A stretch of 56,227 nucleotides of DNA from the IMG/VR virus record IMGVR_UViG_3300046003_007106, positions 1-56,227 of that record, one strand, 5' to 3'. The stretch comes from a virus (Duplodnaviria > Caudoviricetes). Under the pieces are notes generated by a model. That model ran no database searches and was not told the origin of the DNA. It was given only the letters and a program-made list of their open reading frames with translations. Positions within the stretch are counted from its first letter, which is position 1. Each line of letters begins with the position of its first letter. The translations under genes were made by a program, and so were the position numbers. This document shows positions 30,579 through 40,192 of this stretch, in pieces.

Positions 30579-31527
30579 CGAATTTAGATTTTAATCCAAG
30601 TAAACTAGCGTATCTAGGTAATCTACATGACCAGTAAGACGCTTTTGTTCTATCTTTTTTATTAGCACAATCATGTCTAGCAGCAAATGATTTACGAGCC
30701 GCTGGGTTATTTAATTTAACTGACAAACCAGTTGTATCACCAAAAGATACTTTCTTGATACCACCACCTGGTTTTCTAACATACACATAGAATTTTTTTG
30801 AACCACCTCTTTTTGGTTTACCCAACTCAACATCCTTACCTTGGTATTTAGCTTCAGCAATAAGTTCATCCTCAGCCATATCTTCAGTAAATGGTAAATC
30901 CAATGAAACCATTTGACCCTTGTATAAACCAAATCTACCTAAATCTGTGTTTTCAAATAATTTTGTGTCTAAAGCTGATAACTTGATCATCTTTTTCTCC
31001 CAAAGCTCTCTCGCTTCTTTAATAACCATAGCGTGTTTTTCACTACCAGGTCTATATTCATTTTCCAATAAAGGAATAGCATTATTAAGATGATATTTTA
31101 CGTCTTCAGAAATCATATCCTTTAGAACCCAAAGATCAAAATTTTCAGTTAATCTCTTTTCAATAGCTAATTCAAAACACTCCTCACAAACAACATTTGA
31201 TTCAGACATTAACGAACTAAACTCTTTGTTTTCATACATATCATTAATAACCTCAAAAACAAAAGAAAGATCTTTGTATTCTGGGTTCACAACAACATGA
31301 TAACAATCATCAGATTTCTCCATCATCGGTTTACCAAAATTTTCTTTATTTTTTGAAATATAAAACGTTGGATTTTCAGCTTCTTCATGAATTGAAAATA
31401 ATTCAGGAATAATATCAAGGTTTAAACCTTCACCCAAAGACGAAGTAACCTCTTTATCCAATAAACCTTTTTTGTTTAAAATTGAGGCCACTTGACCTTC
31501 TGTCATTTTGTATATTTTTTTACTCAT
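30565..31527 (-). CDS. Hypothetical protein with basic C-terminal domain (DUF6321-like)
   Basis: KKVSFGD...RKSFAARHDC...YWSC; N-terminal KIYKMTEGQVASIL; TATTTATA on minus strand at 31545-31552. Confidence 0.65.
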   Translation of the reverse strand: MSKKIYKMTEGQVASILNKKGLLDKEVTSSLGEGLNLDIIPELFSIHEEAENPTFYISKNKENFGKPMMEKSDDCYHVVVNPEYKDLSFVFEVINDMYENKEFSSLMSESNVVCEECFELAIEKRLTENFDLWVLKDMISEDVKYHLNNAIPLLENEYRPGSEKHAMVIKEARELWEKKMIKLSALDTKLFENTDLGRFGLYKGQMVSLDLPFTEDMAEDELIAEAKYQGKDVELGKPKRGGSKKFYVYVRKPGGGIKKVSFGDTTGLSVKLNNPAARKSFAARHDCANKKDRTKASYWSCRLPRYASLLGLKSKFGGYW

Positions 31528-31557
31528 TATCTATGATATTATTATATAAATACCTAG

Positions 31558-32112
31558 TTAAATGAATAAATTCATGAAGTCGTAAACATTATCTGGTATA
31601 GATCTTAAACGATCAAAACCATAAAAAGCACTCATATTTGATTGTTCTCTTATTGTTTGGTTATTAATTAACATTTTTGAGTGGAAACTATCGATCAATT
31701 TTGGGGTGGCATATCCACAAACAATAAACTCCGTATCACTAATTTTACACACAAAGATAGCTTTTTTATACATTGGTCTGTAGAAGATTGGGAATTCATT
31801 ATAATTGAATATAATGACATCAACCCACTTCTCAAATGATGTTCTTAGTTGCTGCAAAGGTTCAACATTAACATTATTATAATCCATAATAGGGTGTTGA
31901 ATACGTTTTGAGATGGCTGTTATCGCACAGGTCAGTGTAAACATTTCCTTATATTTCTGATTATTTTTAACCAATTTAGTGGTGTTATGTTGTTTCTTAA
32001 CAACACCTCTAATAAAGGAAACACAATTGTGAATATCCTTTTCGTCTAATTTAATTCTACTGAATTTTTTCGTGTGCGCATCAAAAGCGCTTTTAAATGT
32101 TATTATACCCAT
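31558..32112 (-). CDS. Hypothetical protein
   Basis: ATG at 32112 lies just downstream of TACTTTTG; the longer track start overlaps the helicase. Confidence 0.6.
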   Translation of the reverse strand: MGIITFKSAFDAHTKKFSRIKLDEKDIHNCVSFIRGVVKKQHNTTKLVKNNQKYKEMFTLTCAITAISKRIQHPIMDYNNVNVEPLQQLRTSFEKWVDVIIFNYNEFPIFYRPMYKKAIFVCKISDTEFIVCGYATPKLIDSFHSKMLINNQTIREQSNMSAFYGFDRLRSIPDNVYDFMNLFI

Positions 32113-32116
32113 GACA

Positions 32117-32164
32117 CAAAAGTAAAAAAAAATTTGTTTATAACCAAATAATTTTCTAATTTTG
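32117..32164. promoter_or_regulatory. Overlapping divergent Bacteroidota-type promoters
   Basis: Plus: TTTG 32133-32136, 20 nt, TAATTTTG 32157-32164. Minus: TTTG 32148-32145, 20 nt, TACTTTTG 32124-32117. Confidence 0.7.
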
Positions 32165-32169
32165 TAAAT

Positions 32170-33567
32170 ATGAAAGGATATACTAAGGAACAACTCGAAT
32201 TTATTGAGTTTAGCGGACCAGAATCCGTAATATTATCAGCAACAGCTGGAAGTGGTAAAACGCATTCAACAGTAGGTAGGTTAAATCACCTATTAGAAAA
32301 TGGTGTTGACCCAAATAGGATAATCTTCTTTTCATTTACCAATGATGCTGTAAATGAATTGAGAAATCGTATTAACAATGAGGTTAAAATCACAACCATA
32401 CATAGTTTTACAAGTAGTACGTTGGGTAAATTGGGTAAATTTAAACCTATTGTAACATTTTACGATTTCATAAACTGGTATCGTGATAAAAAGAAACCAT
32501 CATTTAAAGACCCGAGGAAAATAAGAGAGGAATATTATGCGACTATCGAAAGGTTTTATGAAGAAGGTGCTAGTATATCTTCATCTTTTTCAGCTTATAA
32601 ACTACAATTTTATGATGGGGTTAAGGCACCTAAACCAAATTTTTATGACCATTACGTTGCGTTTTTAAAAGAAACTAATAGTCGTGATTTCTCTGATATG
32701 TTAATTGACACAGAAAAATTAACACGTGACCCAAAGCACAAGGAGTTTTTTAATGGTATGTATGATTATATCTTTATTGACGAGTATCAAGATACATCAA
32801 CACTTCAGATGAAAATTTTATCAGCTATTAATGCAAAACAATATTACCTTATTGGTGATAAAAACCAGTCGATTTATGGGTTTTCTGGTGCCAACTGTGA
32901 AAAGATTGAATCTTTACTAAAACAAAAAAAGACGGTTGTTGAGTTAACATTAACAAAAAATTTTAGATCCCATAAAAAAATTGTTGAGAATGCCAATAAA
33001 TTTAGTTCGTTAATGGCTATACCTGAATCGGAAAATGAAGGTTTTGTTGATGAAAAATTTATAACAAAAAAGAGGTTGTTTGAAATGATGCAAGATGGTA
33101 AACCACTGACCGTGCTTGTTAGAACAAATAACATTATCAAGGAGATTGAGAAACAAGCTTTGAAGAAGAAAATACCAATGCGTTATTTTAATTACATAAC
33201 AAAAACAGATCTTGATAATATTAAAAAATCTAATATAACAGATAGTCTTAAAAAGAAGTTGAATGATGTTTCAGCGTATTTCTTAAATAACCAAGACTTC
33301 ATTGAATTTATTGAATCAAACAGTGACTCTGATGTATTTGTAACATCAATACATAAAAGCAAGGGTAGAGAATTCCCAAGATGTGTTGTTATCAATTCGG
33401 CTGACCCAGATATGTTAATTAAACATGGTAGTTTAACACACAGTTTATCTGAATATTCATTTATAACGGATGACGGTGATATTGATGAAGAAGGTAGGAA
33501 TATACATTATGTTGCGGTCACCAGACCAAAAGAAGAACTCTACTTTATGATTTACGATGACCTATAA
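32170..33567 (+). CDS. UvrD/Rep-like SF1 helicase (compact)
   Basis: ATAGSGKT, FSFTNDA, IDEYQD, IGDKNQSIYGFSGA, NFRS, SIHKSKGREF, YVAVTRPK. Confidence 0.9.
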   Translation: MKGYTKEQLEFIEFSGPESVILSATAGSGKTHSTVGRLNHLLENGVDPNRIIFFSFTNDAVNELRNRINNEVKITTIHSFTSSTLGKLGKFKPIVTFYDFINWYRDKKKPSFKDPRKIREEYYATIERFYEEGASISSSFSAYKLQFYDGVKAPKPNFYDHYVAFLKETNSRDFSDMLIDTEKLTRDPKHKEFFNGMYDYIFIDEYQDTSTLQMKILSAINAKQYYLIGDKNQSIYGFSGANCEKIESLLKQKKTVVELTLTKNFRSHKKIVENANKFSSLMAIPESENEGFVDEKFITKKRLFEMMQDGKPLTVLVRTNNIIKEIEKQALKKKIPMRYFNYITKTDLDNIKKSNITDSLKKKLNDVSAYFLNNQDFIEFIESNSDSDVFVTSIHKSKGREFPRCVVINSADPDMLIKHGSLTHSLSEYSFITDDGDIDEEGRNIHYVAVTRPKEELYFMIYDDL

Positions 33568-33573
33568 AATATA

Positions 33574-33601
33574 AAAAACCACCAATTACGGTGGTTTTTT
33601 T
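33574..33601. terminator. Intrinsic terminator
   Basis: AAAAACCACC/GGTGGTTTTT hairpin. Confidence 0.7.
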
Positions 33602-33709
33602 ATAGAGGTTATTTAAAATTTTGACCTTACTTACCATATGTATTGGTTTGAGAATAACCACAATTAACTTATAATTATTTCCCTACCTGATTTGAATTTA
33701 TTTCTAAAG

Positions 33710-33793
33710 TTATCTTCTCCCTTGGCCTCTATATGGTTTCTTATAGTTTTTACTTTTACTAGTTTTATTTTTAGTTTATAAACCACTTAACAT
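33710..33793 (-). pseudogene. Remnant of a small basic protein (..KSKNYKKPYRGQGRR*)
   Basis: MLSGL*TKNKTSKSKNYKKPYRGQGRR* with an in-frame stop; TATTTAT on minus strand at 33840-33846. Confidence 0.35.
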
Positions 33794-33903
33794 CTATTTA
33801 ATAATTTTTTTTACCTGGTATTATAGTTAATTTATTTTAATAAATATCTTGATAAAAACAAAAATTAACTTATAATCTTATATATTTATTAATAAACAAG
33901 CAT

Positions 33904-34062
33904 ATGATTATTTTTTACAATAGATTTGACAAAACCAAAGAACCGATTAATAGGACAAACAAATACACTTCGAGATTAGAAGCTGCAAAATTTTTTGCTG
34001 AAATTAAAAAAATGAGTCTTAAAGATTTTTTGAAAGTATTTACTGTTAGTATAATAAAATAA
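33904..34062 (+). CDS. Small hypothetical protein (52 aa), absent from ORF track
   Basis: MIIFYNRFDKTKEPINRTNKYTSRLEAAKFFAEIKKMSLKDFLKVFTVSIIK*; TATTTAT at 33883-33889. Confidence 0.55.
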   Translation: MIIFYNRFDKTKEPINRTNKYTSRLEAAKFFAEIKKMSLKDFLKVFTVSIIK

Positions 34063-34084
34063 AAAAATCAAAAAAAAAAGAATT

Positions 34085-34921
34085 ATGTTATTAAAAGTAG
34101 GTTCAAAAGGAGATGAAGTAAAAAAACTCCAAACAAAATTGGGTACAAGCGCAGATGGTGCTTTTGGTCCAGGAACAGAAAAATTAGTCAAAGAATGGCA
34201 AACCGCTAACGGGTTAACAGCTGACGGTATTGTTGGTGACGCAACTTGGACAAAAATGGGTTTAAACGAAGGTTCAGCATCAGCTACACCAGCCGCGGCA
34301 CCTGTAGCTATTCCAGCATCAAACTTTAAGTTAGAAGCGTTAAAAGGGCATATTCCTGATGCGGTTATTGCTCAGATCCCTGACACCGCTGCTAAGTTTA
34401 ATATTACAACACCTTTGCGTTTAGCTCATTTCTTAGCACAATGTGGTCATGAATCAGCTGGATTTAAAGCTGTGTCTGAAAACTTAAACTATTCAGCTGA
34501 TGGATTAGTTAAGATATTTGGAAAGTATTTTAACGCTGCAACTGCCGCTGGTAGTGCTCGTAATCCTGAAAAAATCGCAAATAAAGTATACTCATCAAGA
34601 ATGGGTAATGGAAATGAAGCATCAGGCGATGGTTGGAAGCACAGAGGTCGTGGATTTATCCAATTAACTGGTAAAGACAACTACAAAGCGTTTGATGCAA
34701 CTGTAGAAGACGACATTTTAGCAAACCCAGATTTAGTAGCAACTAAATATCCGTTGGCTTCAGCAGCATTTTTCTTCAACAAAAATGGTCTTTGGACTAT
34801 TTGTGATAAAGGTGCTGACACAGCAACTGTTACAGCTGTAACAAAAAGAGTAAATGGTGGTACAATTGGTCTTGATGATCGTATTAAACACTTCAAAGAA
34901 TTCTATGATTTATTGAAATAA
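34085..34921 (+). CDS. Endolysin: peptidoglycan-binding domain plus GH19
   Basis: LKVGSKGDEVKKLQ...DGIVGDATW; HFLAQCGHES, ENLNYS, RGRGFIQLTGK, VNGGTIGLDDR. Confidence 0.9.
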   Translation: MLLKVGSKGDEVKKLQTKLGTSADGAFGPGTEKLVKEWQTANGLTADGIVGDATWTKMGLNEGSASATPAAAPVAIPASNFKLEALKGHIPDAVIAQIPDTAAKFNITTPLRLAHFLAQCGHESAGFKAVSENLNYSADGLVKIFGKYFNAATAAGSARNPEKIANKVYSSRMGNGNEASGDGWKHRGRGFIQLTGKDNYKAFDATVEDDILANPDLVATKYPLASAAFFFNKNGLWTICDKGADTATVTAVTKRVNGGTIGLDDRIKHFKEFYDLLK

Positions 34922-34936
34922 CTTTCAAGCAAAATT

Positions 34937-34964
34937 AAAAGGGTAGATTTGTCTACCCTTTTTT
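34937..34964 (+). terminator. Intrinsic terminator
   Basis: AAAAGGGTAGA/TCTACCCTTTT hairpin. Confidence 0.75.
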
Positions 34965-35014
34965 GTTTTTTAGAATAGTTTGGTTTTTACCAGATCTTTT
35001 TTTATTATTGTAAT

Positions 35015-35215
35015 ATGGGTTTTAATAAAAGATATATTGATTATCATAAAATTTTAATATATAAAAATAGGTTGGAAGACCTTTTTACTAATAAAATTGA
35101 TGCGTTTATACTCACCGATAATTTCTCAAAAGAAATATTCGATTTATACGAGGAAAAGAAATTTGATTTAATTAGGGATAAAATATTTGATTATGAAACT
35201 AAATCTTTGATCTAA
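35015..35215 (+). CDS. Small hypothetical protein
   Basis: 66 aa; TTTG 34979-34982, 20 nt, TATTATTG 35003-35010 directly upstream. Confidence 0.5.
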   Translation: MGFNKRYIDYHKILIYKNRLEDLFTNKIDAFILTDNFSKEIFDLYEEKKFDLIRDKIFDYETKSLI

Positions 35216-35905
35216 AGGTTTTATGTTTTTATTTAATTCAGAACTAATTGTTGATAAATATCCTTCATAAACAAACCCAATGGATGTTGTTTTCTTAATC
35301 GCTTTGGTTATTGATAAGTTGTAATTACCAACAGTATTTTTAGACCAAATTAAACCATTACTTGAAATAATAGCTGGTTGTAATAACAAATTATGTTCAA
35401 AGGTATAATCACTTTTTTTATATTTTAAAGTATGTCTATAGGATAATCGCTTACTACCAAACTTAATTTTTGATATTTCTGACCTATCGTAAACGTAGGC
35501 GAGTGAAACACTACCACCTAACTTATTAGTCTTAAATGATTTTTTAAAACCAACACCACCAGAAATACCTAAATCCAATTTTTTAACAAAAGAATGTTCA
35601 ACTGTTGAGAATAAAATGACACTGTAATTATTCTTAATCTCTTTCCAGGAGAAAATGTTTAATCTAGCATCCTCAGATTGTTTAATAAACTCATTATTTT
35701 TTTGACCATAAAATAAAAAATAATATGGGTTTAAACTAACACCAATATCTTTTTTTTTATTATTAAGTTCATAGCTCATTTTAGACGTTATCTGAACGTT
35801 TTTATTGTTTCCTGTAAGTAATACCCCACCGAAGTCAAAACTCTTTATTTGGGCTCCTAAATGACTAAAAACACATATTAATAGTATTGTTACAAAGTAT
35901 CTCAT
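35168..35905 (-). CDS. Outer-membrane beta-barrel protein (DUF481-like)
   Basis: Signal peptide, TGNNK N-terminus, alternating amphipathic strands, GGVGF, C-terminal FSFIIKYF. Confidence 0.6.
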   Translation of the reverse strand: MRYFVTILLICVFSHLGAQIKSFDFGGVLLTGNNKNVQITSKMSYELNNKKKDIGVSLNPYYFLFYGQKNNEFIKQSEDARLNIFSWKEIKNNYSVILFSTVEHSFVKKLDLGISGGVGFKKSFKTNKLGGSVSLAYVYDRSEISKIKFGSKRLSYRHTLKYKKSDYTFEHNLLLQPAIISSNGLIWSKNTVGNYNLSITKAIKKTTSIGFVYEGYLSTISSELNKNIKPLDQRFSFIIKYFIPN

Positions 35906-35906
35906 C

Positions 35907-36395
35907 TTATAACTTACTTACTGCATCAATTATAGCTTTTTTCATCGCAATACCTATTGATGATTTACTAAAAGGTACCTTACCTTCTTTTAATTCGATA
36001 AAAGCGTAACTAGCTTTTGTCGCTGATTCACCCATACCATCAATAACTTTATCACCAAAACGCAATTTAAGTAATATTTGAGTTGTTTCTGTTGCCGCCC
36101 CAACACCAGCAATTCTAAAAGTTGTTGATGGAGTACCCACTCTGATGATTTCAACCATAACTGGTGTAGCGTTTTTTTCACATAGTGAATATTTTTCAGA
36201 TAAAACCTCTTCAGTGATTTGTTTAACACCGAATAAAATATTTCTATCTTTAAATTCTTTTATTTTCATTGTGCTGTATACTGAATCCACACTAACACAA
36301 ATTTGAGTGAACGTTGAGGTGGGTTCACTAGTTTGAGAAAATACTGAATTTGATACTGTGAGTACCATAATCAACGTAAAAATAAACTGTTTCAT
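35907..36395 (-). CDS. Secreted protein, possibly a distant CsgG-like paralog
   Basis: Signal peptide; ILFGVKQITEEVL and GMGES...FSKSSIGIAMKKAI parallel VGLGVTNIVIEFL and GLGEA...FNQSTIGTSTKKGL of 40193..40912. Confidence 0.55.
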   Translation of the reverse strand: MKQFIFTLIMVLTVSNSVFSQTSEPTSTFTQICVSVDSVYSTMKIKEFKDRNILFGVKQITEEVLSEKYSLCEKNATPVMVEIIRVGTPSTTFRIAGVGAATETTQILLKLRFGDKVIDGMGESATKASYAFIELKEGKVPFSKSSIGIAMKKAIIDAVSKL

Positions 36396-36403
36396 AATTT
36401 TTT

Positions 36404-38695
36404 TTATTGTTTGTAACCTGTTCTTATTATATAAATGTTTGTGGTTCCGTTTAATACTAAATTGTCAAATATTAATGTTTGTACACCCGAATAAGTTAGA
36501 GCTAAATTTATGTTTGACGCATTAATTACCGACCATTGGGCTGACGTAAATAACCTATATGTTGGTATCGTAAATAACCAACTATTTAAATTAATTTTAT
36601 AGTACATTAAATAGACATCTGTTATTGTTAAAAGATTATTGTTATTAACATCCATCCTATAATAATCTTTAGCGTTAAAAGATTGTGTTAAAACTTTTTG
36701 GTTAAAGAAATTAATATCTGTTATTGTTGGGTTTGATAACGGCGCATTATCAATAACCAATTTATAATCATTTAAACTTGAACTAGCTGTCGTTGATATT
36801 GTATATTTACCAGTTGCGTCTGTTGTGTATGAACCGTATAAATCATACGTTGAAGAATTTTTATCCTTATAATATAATTTCACTATAACACCTTGTATAC
36901 CAATATTTTCAGTATTATAAGCATAACCTGAATAAGTAAATGTACCTACTATTATCATACCTGACGCTGAGTATGTGTAACCACATGAACCACTCTGTAG
37001 TTGAGCTCTAAATAACGTACCGTCTGTTTGGTTTGTATAACTATAAGTTGCTGCGGTGTTTATTATATCTGTCCAAGTAACCCCATTATTTACAGATCTT
37101 TGCCACTTAACTATTGTACCAGTGTACCCACTCAAAGTTAATGTACCAGAGTTTGTTGTTGTTGCATGAGTTGCCGATGAAACAGATCCACCTGTTGGTG
37201 GTGTACCCGCTGTTACGGTTATTGATTTGCTCGTTGAATAAACAGCGCTACCACAATTAGGGGTTTGTACCTCAACACGATAATAATATGTACCAGATGA
37301 AGATACTGTTTCCGTTAAACTCGTTGTTGTATTAGTAATATTAGTCCAGTTTATATTATCAATCGACCTTTGCCATTTGTTTACGTTACCTTGTTGACCT
37401 GATAAAGTTAATTCAACAAGACCACCTGAACATATTGTATTATTCGCAGCAAATACAGACCCTGAAAGAGTTGGTTTTACTGATAAAAATATACTTGATG
37501 ATGGTAATGAAGAACAGTTAACAGGGTTTGTTGAATTTACAATTGCACGGTAATAAGTTGTTTTTGTTATATTTGGGATTGTTATGCTCGGTGATGTGCT
37601 TGATATTGTTGTACCAGCTGTAAAGAAATTATCAAAAGATGATTCCCATCTAACAACACTACCAGTCATATTGTTAAGTGTTAATGTTGTGCTATTTGAA
37701 CCAGAACAAACATTAATATCACCACCACTTATTGTACCTGTTGATCCGTTACCAACGTTAATTTGTCTTGTGAATATTGTTACACTGGATGTTAAATCAC
37801 CAGGCATATCACCATATTCGCAAATAAAACCAGGTAAATTTGTGTTTGGTAAGTCGTTCCATGAACCATTATTTGCTGAATAGAATTGCGCATAATGTTC
37901 AGCACCAGCGTTGTTTGGTTCACCACCCGCCCATTTATGATATTGTCCGCTAATTACCGTTGTACTTGGGGTATTACCGTTTGAAAACTGTGTACCTTTT
38001 TCTGGTCCAGTTACCCAGTGCCATTTCCCTTCTACCGCAGCTTGTGAAGCGAATGCTGTCACACCCTTTGCTATATTAACTTGTGAAAGTTCATCAGAAC
38101 CACCAAACCAACCATCCGAAGACATTAGTTTCCAAATAAAGTTGTTCTCCGCTTCAGATGACATTGTGGCTAAATAACCAACCCTACCAAAATATGAACG
38201 ATTTTCAGCTGAGTTTTTAGCGGTTGTCCAAGATCCAGATGATGCAACATATTCGTAAAAATGTTCAGTTAATGGGTTATAAAATACTGTACCAGCAACA
38301 AATGTTACTCTTCTAAGATTTGCGTAACAAGTTGTTGATGTTGATTTAAACCTAACCGTTCTTAGTAATGTTTGCCAGTTCGCTGCGGTTGTTGTACCGT
38401 TAAAACTTAAAATACCTGTTGTCGTGTTCCATGATTGAGTAACACCTGTTGGTAACGTACCTGTATAATCTAACACATCACCAGTGGTGTATGTTTGTGA
38501 TATTTGAACCCTAAAACCTGTTATATTACCATTTGCTGTGATTATTAAATCAGGGTCAACATAAGTTGCTATATTATATGTTGTTGATAAACTAGATGTT
38601 GCACCACCCACTGTAATAGAGGTAGCTTGAGCACCAGCTATTTTCTGTATACCCAAAATAATTATAACCAAAAATAATAAAAACTTTCTCATCAT
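36404..38695 (-). CDS. Secreted C-type lectin / Ig-like repeat / dockerin-like protein
   Basis: Signal peptide; GYLATMSSEAEN, EGKWHW, WAGGEPNNAGAEHYA, WNDLP, FICEY (CTL); WQRS..W repeats; YYRMDVNNNNLLTITDV. Confidence 0.75.
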   Translation of the reverse strand: MMRKFLLFLVIIILGIQKIAGAQATSITVGGATSSLSTTYNIATYVDPDLIITANGNITGFRVQISQTYTTGDVLDYTGTLPTGVTQSWNTTTGILSFNGTTTAANWQTLLRTVRFKSTSTTCYANLRRVTFVAGTVFYNPLTEHFYEYVASSGSWTTAKNSAENRSYFGRVGYLATMSSEAENNFIWKLMSSDGWFGGSDELSQVNIAKGVTAFASQAAVEGKWHWVTGPEKGTQFSNGNTPSTTVISGQYHKWAGGEPNNAGAEHYAQFYSANNGSWNDLPNTNLPGFICEYGDMPGDLTSSVTIFTRQINVGNGSTGTISGGDINVCSGSNSTTLTLNNMTGSVVRWESSFDNFFTAGTTISSTSPSITIPNITKTTYYRAIVNSTNPVNCSSLPSSSIFLSVKPTLSGSVFAANNTICSGGLVELTLSGQQGNVNKWQRSIDNINWTNITNTTTSLTETVSSSGTYYYRVEVQTPNCGSAVYSTSKSITVTAGTPPTGGSVSSATHATTTNSGTLTLSGYTGTIVKWQRSVNNGVTWTDIINTAATYSYTNQTDGTLFRAQLQSGSCGYTYSASGMIIVGTFTYSGYAYNTENIGIQGVIVKLYYKDKNSSTYDLYGSYTTDATGKYTISTTASSSLNDYKLVIDNAPLSNPTITDINFFNQKVLTQSFNAKDYYRMDVNNNNLLTITDVYLMYYKINLNSWLFTIPTYRLFTSAQWSVINASNINLALTYSGVQTLIFDNLVLNGTTNIYIIRTGYKQ

Positions 38696-40185
38696 AATGC
38701 CAATCTTGTACCCATCATTATAGTGTAATTCAACACGTTATCCCCAATTGAATAAGCACCACCAAAATTAAAATTTAGTTTAAATGTTTTTGTAACACCT
38801 AAATTCACCCCAACAATGGGTAGAATCACAAATGGTGATTTTAAAACAACATCGTCATAATACCTAACAAATGGTGCGTAAACAAACAAAGCCATTGTTT
38901 TAACATCAACCCGTTTACCTATTTTAAAATCTCTGTTACCACCAATAATCGCTGCTGATCCATAATATGATTCTTTATAAATTTGTCCGACAGAAGCGGT
39001 AATCATATAAACAGCTTTAAATTTTCTAATGTTTCTCATCTGCCCAAAAGCGATGGTATTATACAATGATCCACTACCAGCAAAACCGATAGTTACGGTA
39101 GTGGATAGTAATGTGATAGCTTTAGAATTTATCCAAGCGTAATAACCCGTGATATTACCACCCTTTATTGATGACGTATAATCACCCATAAAACCATGTG
39201 ATCTTAAACCATCGTATCTTACCGATGAATAACCTGCGTTAATTTTTGAACCTTTATTAACATCACCTTCGTTGAACTGAAAACCAACTAAATCACTACT
39301 CATGAGTATAGATGGTCTACCACCATTTTTACTTGTAGTTGAACCTTTACTATTACCACCACCACTACTACTTTTTACAGCGTTAGTTGTTCCACCTATG
39401 GCATCAGATTTTTTATCCGAACTACTTTCTGTTTGATTTGATGTAGACCCATCGCTAGACCCACTACCAGAACCTGAACCACTTGTAGTGGTCCCATCTG
39501 AGTTACCAGAACTGTTGTTATTGGTTCCATCTGAGTTACCAGAGTTGTTGTTAGTTGTTCCATCTGAACCACCAGATTCCCCAGTATTGTTGTTGGTTGC
39601 ATCACTTTTTTCACTTGATCCGCTTGATCCATTCGAGCTACTATTATTTTCAGCGTTATTAGAACCACTATTACTTCCACTACCAGAAGAACTAGCAGAA
39701 CCTGTTGATCCGTTAGAATTGTTTCCATTTTTATTTTCTTTGTTATTGTCAGTGGATTTTGAATCACCGTTACCACCCCCAACATTATTTATTGACCCAG
39801 CGGCTGCCATTATATTTCCTGTACCACTAGATGCCATATCACTAATAGCTGATAAACTCCCAAATATACTAATCACATTTAAAGCGGTACTTTGGGTTTG
39901 TGATATTGTAACAGCTGTTCCAATACCACCACACGGAGAAGCATTCTGATATTGATTAAAAACACCAACTGCCCAGTTATCGAAAGCACCGTTATTAAAA
40001 TCATTAGCCGTAAACGTACCCACTTGACCGTAGTACGATACAGCTATTTGATTTTGCCCGTAAGGAATTGTTAAATTATAAAGCTTGCCATTGCAAGGGT
40101 CAGTATAAGAATAGTTAAATGTCTGTGCATTTGCTATATTGCATAGCAAAGACAAACAAAAAATTATAAGTACTCTTATTCTCAC
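38692..40185 (-). CDS. Secreted protein with Ser/Gly/Asn-rich linker and putative C-terminal beta-barrel
   Basis: Signal peptide, Cys-containing N-domain, long low-complexity linker, amphipathic strands ending FKLNFNFGGAY...MMGTRLAL. Confidence 0.6.
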   Translation of the reverse strand: MRIRVLIIFCLSLLCNIANAQTFNYSYTDPCNGKLYNLTIPYGQNQIAVSYYGQVGTFTANDFNNGAFDNWAVGVFNQYQNASPCGGIGTAVTISQTQSTALNVISIFGSLSAISDMASSGTGNIMAAAGSINNVGGGNGDSKSTDNNKENKNGNNSNGSTGSASSSGSGSNSGSNNAENNSSSNGSSGSSEKSDATNNNTGESGGSDGTTNNNSGNSDGTNNNSSGNSDGTTTSGSGSGSGSSDGSTSNQTESSSDKKSDAIGGTTNAVKSSSGGGNSKGSTTSKNGGRPSILMSSDLVGFQFNEGDVNKGSKINAGYSSVRYDGLRSHGFMGDYTSSIKGGNITGYYAWINSKAITLLSTTVTIGFAGSGSLYNTIAFGQMRNIRKFKAVYMITASVGQIYKESYYGSAAIIGGNRDFKIGKRVDVKTMALFVYAPFVRYYDDVVLKSPFVILPIVGVNLGVTKTFKLNFNFGGAYSIGDNVLNYTIMMGTRLAL

Positions 40186-40192
40186 GCACGTT

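Noticed and set aside
39300-39790. Ser/Gly/Asn-rich stretch as an ice-nucleation or other named repeat
   Set aside because: No strict periodicity; best read as a flexible linker
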